Source: an uncultured Dehalococcoidaceae bacterium (GTDB lineage Bacteria > Chloroflexota > Dehalococcoidia > Dehalococcoidales > RBG-16-60-22). From it: a DNA stretch of 64,000 bases. The translations under genes were made by a program, and so were the position numbers. Shown in pieces: positions 7,989 through 16,680 of the stretch. Location: the NCBI GenBank assembly GCA_964595455.1, contig CAZQQL010000003.1, forward strand, positions 211 to 64,210, read 5' to 3'. The notes under the pieces are model-generated. The model searched no databases and was not told the DNA's origin. It saw nothing but the letters and a program-made list of their open reading frames with translations. The first letter of the stretch is position 1; every line of letters starts with the position of its first letter.

Positions 7989-8648
7989 TTAGCCGAACAG
8001 CCCCTGCAGGCGTTCGATGCTTATTTCCGTTAATGAATCCACGATGATGTCCGCGTCGCCGAGCGATGCTGCCGGGTGGCTGTTGGTCACCGCGACGCAT
8101 TTCATCCCGGCCTTTTTCGCGCCCGCCACCCCGGCGACAGCATCTTCCATGACGACGCAGTTCTCCGGCCTGGCTCCCAGCCGTTCCGCTGCCAGCAGAA
8201 AGATAGCAGGGTCCGGCTTGCTTTCCGGCACTTCCAGCCCGGAGACGATGGCCTGAAAGCAGTCGGTGATGCCGAGGGGGTCGGTGATGACGGTGATATT
8301 GTCCATCGGCGCGGAAGACGCGATGGCAATCTTGATATGGTGTTTGTTGAGAGATCGGATAAGTTCGATGGCCCCGGGCAGCGCGACGACGTTTTCACTC
8401 ACGATTTTGCGGTAAAGGCGCTGCTTGCGCTCCGTGATTGCCTCGAACTGTTCCGGGGAGACCTCTCCCAGCCCGAACCGGATGATGGTATCGTGCCGCC
8501 GCCCGAAGAACTGCATGAAGTCTTCCCTGGTAAACTGTACGCCATGCTCTGCGAAGATGTCTCTCCAGGCGGTGTAATGGTAGTCCGCGGTATCGGCGAT
8601 GACGCCGTCCATGTCCCAGATGACGGCTTCCAGGCAGAAGCTAGACAT
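7989..8648 (-). CDS. HAD-superfamily hydrolase, beta-phosphoglucomutase-like
   Basis: Motif I is WDMDGVIADT. The start is taken at MSSFCLE (8648), which abuts the stop of the upstream gene. The ORF track start at 8672 is a likely over-extension. Confidence 0.8.
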   Translation of the reverse strand: MSSFCLEAVIWDMDGVIADTADYHYTAWRDIFAEHGVQFTREDFMQFFGRRHDTIIRFGLGEVSPEQFEAITERKQRLYRKIVSENVVALPGAIELIRSLNKHHIKIAIASSAPMDNITVITDPLGITDCFQAIVSGLEVPESKPDPAIFLLAAERLGARPENCVVMEDAVAGVAGAKKAGMKCVAVTNSHPAASLGDADIIVDSLTEISIERLQGLFG

Positions 8649-9108
8649 GGTCTTTCTTTTCCCGGACCACATCGCCCTGCGCGGCGCGGTTCTCCACGAT
8701 GAACTGCTTGGCGGTAGCTTCCGCGACCACCGTGCCGTCCTTGAGGCAGACCTTGCCGTCCGTCTCGATGAGGCGGCTGCGCTGCCGCGTAACCCGCGCG
8801 TAGACCACGAGGGATGCGTCCACGGGGATGGGCTGGCGGATGCGGATGGTGGAGACGGCCGTCAGGCAGGTGTTGCCGGTCCGGTAGGCGACGGTGCTCA
8901 TGGCTTCATCGAGGAGCGTGGCGGTAATGCCGCCGTGAAGGAGTCCGGGCCAGCCCTGGAAGTTTTTGTCCGGCGTGTAGTCGGCGCTGATGCCCTCGGC
9001 TTCCTCACGGAACTTGAGCTTCAGCCCGATGGGGTTGTTGACGCCGCACCCGAAGCAACAGCCTTCCTTCAAGTCGGTATCGAGGGTGACTTTGGGCAGT
9101 TCAACCAT
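8641..9108 (-). CDS. PaaI-family hotdog-fold thioesterase with N-terminal Cys pair
   Basis: Blocks CFGCGVNNPIGLKL and LLHGGITATLLDEAM. The start is taken at MVELPK (9108), preceded by GGAG. The longer track ORF overlaps thiL. Confidence 0.8.
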   Translation of the reverse strand: MVELPKVTLDTDLKEGCCFGCGVNNPIGLKLKFREEAEGISADYTPDKNFQGWPGLLHGGITATLLDEAMSTVAYRTGNTCLTAVSTIRIRQPIPVDASLVVYARVTRQRSRLIETDGKVCLKDGTVVAEATAKQFIVENRAAQGDVVREKKDHV

Positions 9109-9127
9109 GAGAGGACTCCATTGAGTA

Positions 9128-10123
9128 TTAGAAATGTCGCCAGCCGCGGGTCTTGAGTTCCACCGGATTTCCGCTGCTGTCAACGAGTTTGACTTCGTCG
9201 GGATTGTCCTCTGTTATCTCTCCGATGATCGTGACGGGCAGGGTGATGTCCCCGGCTGCCTTCTGAATGCTTTTTAAAGAGCCGGTGAACAGGAGTTCAT
9301 AGGCCTCGCCGCCGGAGATTGCCAGTTCCCGGGCATGCTCGCCGAAGGCTCCGCTGGCCTCTGGACTGACTGGCAGGGAATCCACGTTAATACGGGCGCC
9401 CACGCGGCTGGCCTTGCAGATGTGTTCGAGGTCTGATACAAGTCCGTCGCTGATGTCGATGGCGGCCTTGATGCCGTTCTTGACAAGGGCCTGGGCTTCT
9501 ACGACACGCGGGAAAGGGGTCAGGAAAGCCCGGTGGAGTCGTGCGGTGACCTCTTGAGAGAAGGACAGCTTTTTCATGAGTATTTCCAGGCCGGCGGCGC
9601 CGTCGCCGGGGAAACCGGTCACGGCAATGGCGTCGCCCGGCCGGGCGGCTGAGCGCTTGAGCAGGATATCTTCACGCGCAGAACCGAGAACGGTAACGGA
9701 GACGGAAAAGAGCGGGGCGCGACTGATGTTGCCTCCCGCTATGGTCATGCCGAACGTGCCGCAGAGGTCCAGCATGCCCTGGTAAAAATCCTTGACCTCG
9801 TCCACCTCGATGCTGTCCGGCAGCGTCAGGGCGATAAGGGCATAGTCCGGCACACCGGCCATGGCGGCGATATCGCTGATGTTCATGGCCAGGGCTTTCC
9901 AGCCGAGTTGGCGGAAGGATATCGTATCGAGGGTAAAGTGGACGTTCTCCACCATCGTATCGACGGTGGCAAGCTGGATCTTGTCCGGAACGCGCCAGGC
10001 GGCGGCGTCATCACCGAGGCCGATGAGGAGCCGGGGGTCCGGCGGCTGCTTTTTAGCGAACCCGGCGATCATGTGCTGGACCAGGTCGATCAGTCCGAAT
10101 TCCCCGAGTTCAGTTACCTTCAT
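9128..10123 (-). CDS. thiL: Thiamine-monophosphate kinase
   Basis: 331 aa with blocks EFGLIDL, GLGDDAAAW and TVDTMVENVHF (AIR-synthase-like fold). Confidence 0.9.
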   Translation of the reverse strand: MKVTELGEFGLIDLVQHMIAGFAKKQPPDPRLLIGLGDDAAAWRVPDKIQLATVDTMVENVHFTLDTISFRQLGWKALAMNISDIAAMAGVPDYALIALTLPDSIEVDEVKDFYQGMLDLCGTFGMTIAGGNISRAPLFSVSVTVLGSAREDILLKRSAARPGDAIAVTGFPGDGAAGLEILMKKLSFSQEVTARLHRAFLTPFPRVVEAQALVKNGIKAAIDISDGLVSDLEHICKASRVGARINVDSLPVSPEASGAFGEHARELAISGGEAYELLFTGSLKSIQKAAGDITLPVTIIGEITEDNPDEVKLVDSSGNPVELKTRGWRHF

Positions 10124-10270
10124 GGGTTCATTATAGCATCATTCGTACGTGAGGTCACTACGAACACTGAGGACGCGAAAATCCGGTTAGCTTTCCGGTA
10201 CGGAACGCGGAAGTAAATAGACCAAGCCTGTCATGCTGTTGCAGAGGTCGATCTGTTGTCACCAAGGATG

Positions 10271-10294
10271 CATCCCGTTGAAAAACGGGATCCA
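10271..10294. repeat. Palindromic hairpin repeat CATCCCGTTRAAAAACGGGATCCA (copy 2 of 2)
   Basis: 23 of 24 nt identical to 2685-2708. A second hairpin, GATCCCGGCTGCTGCCGGGATG, follows at about 10321-10342. Confidence 0.8.
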
Positions 10295-10420
10295 CGCATG
10301 TCCTATGACAACCTTCTCTAGATCCCGGCTGCTGCCGGGATGGACTTGGACCCGCCTTCTTTACAGGGCAGTTCGGGCAGCTTGCCCGCGGAGGAAACCC
10401 GGGAATGGTACTTGCAGGCA

Positions 10421-10449
10421 TTCTCAGGCAGGGCAGGAGGTGCTATGAT
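10421..10449 (+). promoter_or_regulatory. Putative efp promoter
   Basis: TTCTCA at 10421-10426, 17-nt spacer, TATGAT at 10444-10449, preceded by TGC (extended -10-like). Confidence 0.35.
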
Positions 10450-10515
10450 ATATAGAAGATATTTCGTAGTTACTTTACGGCCGGCATGCCTTTACTGCTG
10501 TTATAAGGAGTGTCC

Positions 10516-11082
10516 ATGGAAATTTCCGATGTCCACAAGAACACGAAACTGATCATAGATGGCGCCCTCTACGTGGTCGAAGACGCCGAATTCATGAAGC
10601 CGGGCAAGGGCAGGTCCGTCTACCGGCTGAAGATGAGAAACCTTAAGGACGGCAAGGTCATCGAACGTACCTACCGCTCCGGGGACAGCGTCGAAGCGGC
10701 TACCATGTCCAGCCAGGACAAACAGTACCTCTACCACGACGGTGATCATTACGTGTTCATGGACGGAAAAACCTTCGAGCAGGTCTACGTGCCGGAAGAC
10801 CTGGTCGGGGACAGGAAGAATTTCCTCCTGGAAGGCATGACCGTCACCATGCAGATGCGTGACGAAGAAGTCATCGACATGACGCTGCCGAATACCGTGG
10901 AACTTAAAGTCGTCGAGGCCGAAGTTTCCAGCAAGGGCGCCACGATATCTCCCCAGAGCAAGTCATCCGTCCTGGAGACCGGGTATACCATCGAGACGCC
11001 GCAGTTCATCAAGGAAGGCGATACCATCCGCGTGGATACCCGTACCGGCACCTACGTCGAGCGGGTCTCTACGAAGAAGTAG
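10516..11082 (+). CDS. efp: Elongation factor P
   Basis: AAGGAG lies 5 nt upstream of ATG 10516. The loop EFMKPGKGRSV carries the conserved Lys of lysine-modified EF-P. Confidence 0.95.
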   Translation: MEISDVHKNTKLIIDGALYVVEDAEFMKPGKGRSVYRLKMRNLKDGKVIERTYRSGDSVEAATMSSQDKQYLYHDGDHYVFMDGKTFEQVYVPEDLVGDRKNFLLEGMTVTMQMRDEEVIDMTLPNTVELKVVEAEVSSKGATISPQSKSSVLETGYTIETPQFIKEGDTIRVDTRTGTYVERVSTKK

Positions 11083-12006
11083 ATGGGAGTTGATCGGGAC
11101 CGGCTCGTCCGTCTGAAAGACAACCTGCGGAAACGCGCCCTGATCATGGACGGCATACGCACGTTTTTCCGGGAACGGGACTTCCTGGAAGTGGAAACGC
11201 CGGTCCGCCTGCCCGCCATCGCGCCGGAAGTTTACATCGAGCCCGTTGAGAGCGGTGACTGGTTCCTGGCGACGTCTCCTGAACTCCACATGAAACGCCT
11301 CCTGGCCGCTGGGTACGAGCGCATTTTCCAGCTCAGCCGGTGCTTCCGCCGCGGAGAGCGCGGCCGCCTTCATAATCCGGAATTCACCATGCTGGAATGG
11401 TACCGCGCCAACGCCGATTACGAGGACATTATCAAGGACACGGAAGACCTCGTCTTGGAATTGGCAAATCGGATAAACCGCAGTAAAAAATTGCGTTATC
11501 AGGGTACGGACATCGATCTGGCGCAGCCCTGGCCGCGGACGACCGTACGGGAAATGTATCTCTGCAAGGCCGGGTGGGACCCGGTGAACGAGTACGACGA
11601 CCTGCGGTTCGATACCGATTTTCTTGAAAAAATCCAGCCCTCGTTCCCTGCGGACCGCCCCACCGTGATTATCGACTATCCGGCCGCCGCGGCCGCGCTG
11701 GCCCGCCTCAAACCGGGGGACGAACGGGTGGCGGAACGGGCCGAGGTGTTCATCGGCGGGCTGGAACTGGCCAATATCTACAGCGAACTGGTGGATCGCG
11801 CCGAGCAGGAGAAACGCTTCAGAGAATCCATCGACGAGATACGCAAGGTCCGTAAAGCGCCGCCGATATCCACCGATTTCATGGAAGCGCTGGACTACCT
11901 CCCTGAGTGCGGCGGCGTGGCGCTGGGTGTGGACCGGCTGGTGATGCTCCTCTGCAATGCCGCCTCCATCGATGAGGTCATGGCGTTTACCTCTGATACG
12001 GCCTGA
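11083..12006 (+). CDS. epmA: EF-P lysine aminoacylase EpmA (GenX/PoxA), LysRS class II paralog
   Basis: 307 aa with blocks FLEVETP, ATSPELHMKRLLAAGYERIFQLSRCFR.GE and HNPEFTMLEWY. Its ATG directly follows the efp stop. Confidence 0.85.
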   Translation: MGVDRDRLVRLKDNLRKRALIMDGIRTFFRERDFLEVETPVRLPAIAPEVYIEPVESGDWFLATSPELHMKRLLAAGYERIFQLSRCFRRGERGRLHNPEFTMLEWYRANADYEDIIKDTEDLVLELANRINRSKKLRYQGTDIDLAQPWPRTTVREMYLCKAGWDPVNEYDDLRFDTDFLEKIQPSFPADRPTVIIDYPAAAAALARLKPGDERVAERAEVFIGGLELANIYSELVDRAEQEKRFRESIDEIRKVRKAPPISTDFMEALDYLPECGGVALGVDRLVMLLCNAASIDEVMAFTSDTA

Positions 12007-12120
12007 ACAGGGGCAGTCCTGTCTTTGCGAGTTCGCTTTTAGCGAACGAAGCAATCCCTGTCTTTACCATAGTGAGCGATTGCCACGTCCGCCTCAGGCC
12101 GGACTCGTAATGACACCGTG

Positions 12121-13416
12121 CTACGGTTGCATCACCCGCCCGAGGAACAGTATCGTTCCCGTGGGGATGTCCCGGATGAGGAAGATGAACGGGCGGTCGA
12201 CGGTCATGACGGGAGGGTCCATGGCGGCGCTCATCTCCATGATGGCAGCGGTTGCCGCGGCAGCCTCGGTGCCTTTTTCATCCACCGTTACGAACGATTT
12301 GTGCACGACGGCTGATAACCAGAGCTTATCGGCTTCGGTGATGCCGGAGAAGTCCGCCTGCCCGGTGAAAGCGAGCGGCATGCCGAGGTCAGCCAGGGCA
12401 TCATTCAGGTTGAACTCGGACTCGAACTCGTATTTCGGAAATGAGAGTTCCACCTTTTGACGCTCCAGGCCGGCGATGATATCGTTCAGCATGGCCGTAT
12501 CCAGACTGTCCTCGATGTCCTTGAAAGTTCCTTCCGAGGGAAGAAGAACGACCATCGAGGTCTGGCTGCCCCGGTAGAGCATCTCGATCGCCTGGTAGCC
12601 GTCGCCTTCTTTGTAACCGAAGCTGTTGGTCTGATGCATCATGTCGACGGTGACAGTAGACCCATCGATGAGCGTGAAATCAGCCGGGGCGGTATTGCCT
12701 TCCCAGAAGTCCCAGTACCACGCGGCGTTGAAGTAGATGGCGTTAGTCAGGACCAGCCGGGTCATGGGATCGATAGCGCCGGCCGGGATAAGGTCGTTGA
12801 TGCGGTCTTCCGTCTGTGCCGAAATGTAGTCATTGATGGTCAGGCGGGCTTTCTCCGGCTCGTTGATGTAGTCCAGTTCCCGCAGACCGGCGCCGTAATT
12901 TTGCTCCAGGGTATCCAGATAGTCACGGACGTACTTGTAGTCTTCCTGTCCCCAGACATCGTTGACGACATGCAGCTTGAACATTTCATCTGGTTCCAGG
13001 TGTCCGCTCGGTTCCGACCGTGACGCCAGTTGTTCCTGGAGCCAGTGGAAAGACGGGTGGAGGTACAGTTCCGGCAGGTCGAAGCTCAGGGCGTTCCGTA
13101 TCTCCGATTCGGTGGCGCCGTTGGCTCCGGCGTAGACCATGGCCATGACGGCGGAAATACTGTACGGTGAATAGAAGAAGTTGCCGTCCTCATCCTTGAG
13201 AAGACGGTAAAGGTCGAAGGCGAAATCCGTGTTGCCTTCCGCCAGGAGGGCACGCTGTTCTTCGAGGGTGAGGTTGACCGGGGTGGTCGTGGGCGTCGTT
13301 GTCGCCGTTGTCGCCGTTGCCGACGGGCTCGCGGTCGTCGTCGCCTGCGGACCGCAGCCCGCGAACAGGACCGCGATGACCAATATACCCAGCAGCGCCG
13401 GTACCATCTTTTTCAT
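12121..13416 (-). CDS. Serpin (lipoprotein-anchored serine protease inhibitor), copy 1
   Basis: 431 aa. Lipobox LFAGC, Thr/Pro linker, FYSPYSISAVMAMVYAGA, hinge/RCL GTEAAAATAAIMEMSAAMDPPV, and VDRPFIFLIRD. Confidence 0.9.
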   Translation of the reverse strand: MKKMVPALLGILVIAVLFAGCGPQATTTASPSATATTATTTPTTTPVNLTLEEQRALLAEGNTDFAFDLYRLLKDEDGNFFYSPYSISAVMAMVYAGANGATESEIRNALSFDLPELYLHPSFHWLQEQLASRSEPSGHLEPDEMFKLHVVNDVWGQEDYKYVRDYLDTLEQNYGAGLRELDYINEPEKARLTINDYISAQTEDRINDLIPAGAIDPMTRLVLTNAIYFNAAWYWDFWEGNTAPADFTLIDGSTVTVDMMHQTNSFGYKEGDGYQAIEMLYRGSQTSMVVLLPSEGTFKDIEDSLDTAMLNDIIAGLERQKVELSFPKYEFESEFNLNDALADLGMPLAFTGQADFSGITEADKLWLSAVVHKSFVTVDEKGTEAAAATAAIMEMSAAMDPPVMTVDRPFIFLIRDIPTGTILFLGRVMQP

Positions 13417-13470
13417 TTTCTATTGCCCCTGTCTTCGATATCGTTGAGTTTTGTTATCGATACTGCATAC

Positions 13471-14745
13471 CTAGGGCGCCAGTACCCGCCCGAGGAAAAG
13501 GACCGTGCCCGTGGGAATGTCCCGGATAAGGAAAATGAACGGGCGGTCGACGGTCATTTCAGCCGGTTCGAGGGCGGCCCCCTTGGCCATGATCACCGCG
13601 GAAGCCGCGGCGGCTTCGGTGCCTTTCTCATCCACGGCGATGAACGTCTTGTGGAAAACGTCCGAGATGAACAGGCTGTCTCCGGTGGTAATGCCGGAGA
13701 AATCGGCATTGCCGAATGCGTCTGTCATGCCGAGGGCTTTCAGCGGTTCATTCATGCTGTAATTGGATTCAAAGGAAAAACGGGGGAACCTGAGGACGAC
13801 CTGCTCGGACCTCAGATTTTCCAGGGCATCGGCCAGCAGGGCGGTATCCAGGCTGCTTTCAAAATCCGTAAACCCGCCTTCATCCGGCAGCAGCACAATC
13901 ATCGATGTGTTCATGCCCCGGTAGACCATTTCCAGCGCCTGGTAGCCGTCTCCGTCATAGTAACCAAACGTGTTTGACTGCAGCATCATGTCCACGGTGC
14001 CGGTACCGCCGTCGAGCAGGTGGAAGTCAGCCGGAGCGGTGTTGTTCTCCGGGAAATCGAACAACCAATTGGCATTAAAGTAGATAGCGTTGGTCAGCAC
14101 GAGTGCGGTCATTGGTGTGATGGCGCCCTGCGGGATGAGGTCGTTGATGCGGTCTTCCGTCTGGTCGGAGATGTAGTCATTGATGGTAAGGCGGGACTCC
14201 TCGGGGTGCTGGACGAAGTCCAACTCCCGCAGGCCGGCGCCGTAGTACTGTTCCAGCGTTTCAAGGTATTGCGCCAGGTAGGGATAGTCTTCCTGCCCCC
14301 AGATATCGTTCACGATGTGAAGACGGAAAAGGGCTTCCGGCTCTTCGGCGTTGGGGTTTGCCGGGCGGGAAGCCAGTTCTTCCCGGAGCCATCCGAACGC
14401 TGAGTGCAGGTCTGTCTGCGCCAGGTTAAAGCTCAGCGCTTCCGCCATCTGGGATTCGGTTGTCCCCCGCGCCCCGGCGTATGCCATCGCCAGCGCCGAG
14501 GAAAGGCTGTACGGGGAGAGGAAGAGATTGCCTTCCTCATCCTTGAGCTGCCGGTAAAGGTCGAAGGCGAAATCCGTATTCCCTTCAACCAGTGCGGCAT
14601 GCATTTCAGACGGGTTGGTCGTGGTAGCGGCCGGGGTCGTCGGCGTGGTGGTTGCCGTCGTTGTGGTTGTTGGAGTTGTCTGCGGACCACAGCCTGCCAG
14701 TACGATCAAGCCGGTAAGAGTTAAAGCTGCAAGTATCTTCTTCAT
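13471..14745 (-). CDS. Serpin (lipoprotein-anchored), copy 2, tandem paralog
   Basis: 424 aa. Lipobox VLAGC, Thr/Pro linker, hinge/RCL GTEAAAASAVIMAKGAALEPAE, and VDRPFIFLIRD. Confidence 0.9.
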   Translation of the reverse strand: MKKILAALTLTGLIVLAGCGPQTTPTTTTTATTTPTTPAATTTNPSEMHAALVEGNTDFAFDLYRQLKDEEGNLFLSPYSLSSALAMAYAGARGTTESQMAEALSFNLAQTDLHSAFGWLREELASRPANPNAEEPEALFRLHIVNDIWGQEDYPYLAQYLETLEQYYGAGLRELDFVQHPEESRLTINDYISDQTEDRINDLIPQGAITPMTALVLTNAIYFNANWLFDFPENNTAPADFHLLDGGTGTVDMMLQSNTFGYYDGDGYQALEMVYRGMNTSMIVLLPDEGGFTDFESSLDTALLADALENLRSEQVVLRFPRFSFESNYSMNEPLKALGMTDAFGNADFSGITTGDSLFISDVFHKTFIAVDEKGTEAAAASAVIMAKGAALEPAEMTVDRPFIFLIRDIPTGTVLFLGRVLAP

Positions 14746-14757
14746 AATTCTAGTCCT

Positions 14758-15561
14758 TTACGGCGCCGTGGCGGTAGAGACGTGAGGTGAAGCGGTCGGA
14801 ACGGTCTGCTGGGTTTCCATGTCCCATTTACCGTCGATAACGCCGCCGGTAATCTCGCCTCCCGACACGTTGATCTCAGCCGTATGGTGCGTCATCACGG
14901 TGGCGACCATCTGATCGGAGCGGTCCCCGTAGCCGGCGTTACCGCAATCGAACTCGAAGACGAAGCCCCAGCTATAGAACCCGAACGTGTCCCGGGTTTC
15001 CACGTATCTAATACTCCCCTCGATGCCGTCGAAGGTGAATGTCGGGCTCTTCTCCAGGTACTCACGGGCCAGTTCCAGGCTTTCTTCCTCGGTGGCAATC
15101 ATCATCTGCGCCTGCATGTCCCAAGCCTCATCCAGCACCGCGCCGGTGAGTTCTCCGCGGCGGAAATCGATCACTGCCCGGTGATGCGTGATGGCCTGGG
15201 TGACCATTTGGCCGGTGCGGTCGCCGTAGCCGCCGTGGCGGCAATCGAACTCATATACGAAAGTATAACACCCCACGCATTTCAGGATAATTGTATCGAC
15301 AAGTTCCAGCGTCTCCGGCATGCCGTCGAAAGCGAACGTGGGCGAATTGGTGATGAAGTCATAAGCCTGCTGCCGGGCTTCCTCCTCGGTGAGATTAATG
15401 TTGTCTTCCGGAGGCGTCGCGGGCTCGGAGATTACCGGCGTCGTGGTGGTCGGCTGCGTTGTCTGGGTAGGCTCCGGATTATTGGCTTCGACGATCGGAG
15501 CAGCGCAGCCGGCGGTGGCGATGAGCCCGATGAGTGAGAGCGTTATCAGCAGTTTTTTCAT
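14758..15561 (-). CDS. Lipoprotein of unknown function made of two ~95-aa tandem repeats
   Basis: 267 aa. Lipobox ATAGC and a Thr/Pro linker. Repeat 1 (nt 15112-15393) and repeat 2 (nt 14812-15093) share SPTF.FDG, F.FEFDC..(G)GYGDR..QMV, THH and GE.TG.V.D..WDM. Confidence 0.7.
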   Translation of the reverse strand: MKKLLITLSLIGLIATAGCAAPIVEANNPEPTQTTQPTTTTPVISEPATPPEDNINLTEEEARQQAYDFITNSPTFAFDGMPETLELVDTIILKCVGCYTFVYEFDCRHGGYGDRTGQMVTQAITHHRAVIDFRRGELTGAVLDEAWDMQAQMMIATEEESLELAREYLEKSPTFTFDGIEGSIRYVETRDTFGFYSWGFVFEFDCGNAGYGDRSDQMVATVMTHHTAEINVSGGEITGGVIDGKWDMETQQTVPTASPHVSTATAP

Positions 15562-15593
15562 GATTGGTGCCTCGTCTTGAATTTGATTATGAA

Positions 15594-15821
15594 TTACTGG
15601 TTGTTTTCCCTGACTTCGACTGTTACCTGTTCTCTCCGGTGCATTTCATGCCGGAGCATGAACCAGCGGACAGCGGCAAAACCGATGCCGACGCCCCCGG
15701 CGATGCAGGCCGTGACACGGTCTTCATGCATGAAGGGCATGGTCCAGGCAGCGAGCAGCAGCGCCAGGCCGGACAGCCCGAATACGATGATGAGCGAGAT
15801 TGAAAGTGATTTGTCTACCAT
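15594..15821 (-). CDS. Small two-helix membrane protein
   Basis: 75 aa with two hydrophobic spans. GGGGGGA SD lies 4-5 nt upstream. It is the first gene of the serpin cluster. Confidence 0.5.
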   Translation of the reverse strand: MVDKSLSISLIIVFGLSGLALLLAAWTMPFMHEDRVTACIAGGVGIGFAAVRWFMLRHEMHRREQVTVEVRENNQ

Positions 15822-15931
15822 GTTGTCCCCCCGTGTTGATGTCTTCTTGCCTTGTATAACGGAGGGGGAAAAGAAAAGTTAGCCGGAAGTGCTGGTAATT
15901 ACCTAAAAATCTTGTTATATTAGTGAACAAT

Positions 15932-16663
15932 ATGAGAATTATCATCATCGCCGATATCCACGGCAACCTGGCCGCGCTGCAGGCGGTGCTGGAAGACGCC
16001 CGGGCGCACGGCGGCATCGATATGCTCTGGTGCCTCGGGGACATCGTGGGGTACGGGCCGGAGCCGGGCGGATGTATCGAGATCGTGAGGTCATTGAGCA
16101 ACGTCGTCATCGCCGGCAACCATGACCGCGGGGCCGTCGGCAAACTGGATACGGCCTACTTCAACCCGGCCGCAGCGGATGCCCTGCAATGGACGGCCGG
16201 GCAGTTGACGCCGGCCCAGAAGGACTACCTGGCGCGGCTGCCGCTGACGCTGGAGTACGAGCAGTTCCTCCTCGTCCACGGCAGTCCTGCCGACCCGCTG
16301 CTGGAGTACCTGATTTCCGCTGGCATCGCGGAAAAGAACTTCGATCTCTACGCCTTCAAATTCTGCCTGGTGGGCCACTCCCATATCCCAGTGGCGTTTC
16401 GCAACGACGATGGAGGTGTCAAGCCCATCGGTCTCCAGCCGGGCGTGGGACTGGTTTTAGCTGAGAAACGGATGATCATCAATCCGGGGTCGGTCGGTCA
16501 GCCGCGTGACGGCGACTTCCGGGCTGCCTACGGGGTCTATGATACCGACGCCGGCATGTTCCGCCTCCAAAGGGTGGAGTACGACATCAAGGCCACGCAG
16601 GACGGGATCATGGCGGCGGGACTGCCGGTCAGGCTGGCGACGCGGCTAAATTCCGGTTACTAG
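15932..16663 (+). CDS. Metallophosphoesterase (YfcE/MJ0936-like calcineurin-fold)
   Basis: Blocks MRIIIIADIHGN, CLGDIVGYGP, GNHD and GHSH. The start is taken at ATG 15932. Confidence 0.85.
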   Translation: MRIIIIADIHGNLAALQAVLEDARAHGGIDMLWCLGDIVGYGPEPGGCIEIVRSLSNVVIAGNHDRGAVGKLDTAYFNPAAADALQWTAGQLTPAQKDYLARLPLTLEYEQFLLVHGSPADPLLEYLISAGIAEKNFDLYAFKFCLVGHSHIPVAFRNDDGGVKPIGLQPGVGLVLAEKRMIINPGSVGQPRDGDFRAAYGVYDTDAGMFRLQRVEYDIKATQDGIMAAGLPVRLATRLNSGY

Positions 16664-16680
16664 ACTTTGTGCCCCCATCT

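Noticed and set aside
10963-12054. 363-aa ORF on the minus strand
   Set aside because: It is antisense to a well-supported epmA gene, has Arg/Gly/Pro/His-rich non-protein-like composition, and shows no motifs. This is a typical high-GC antisense artefact.
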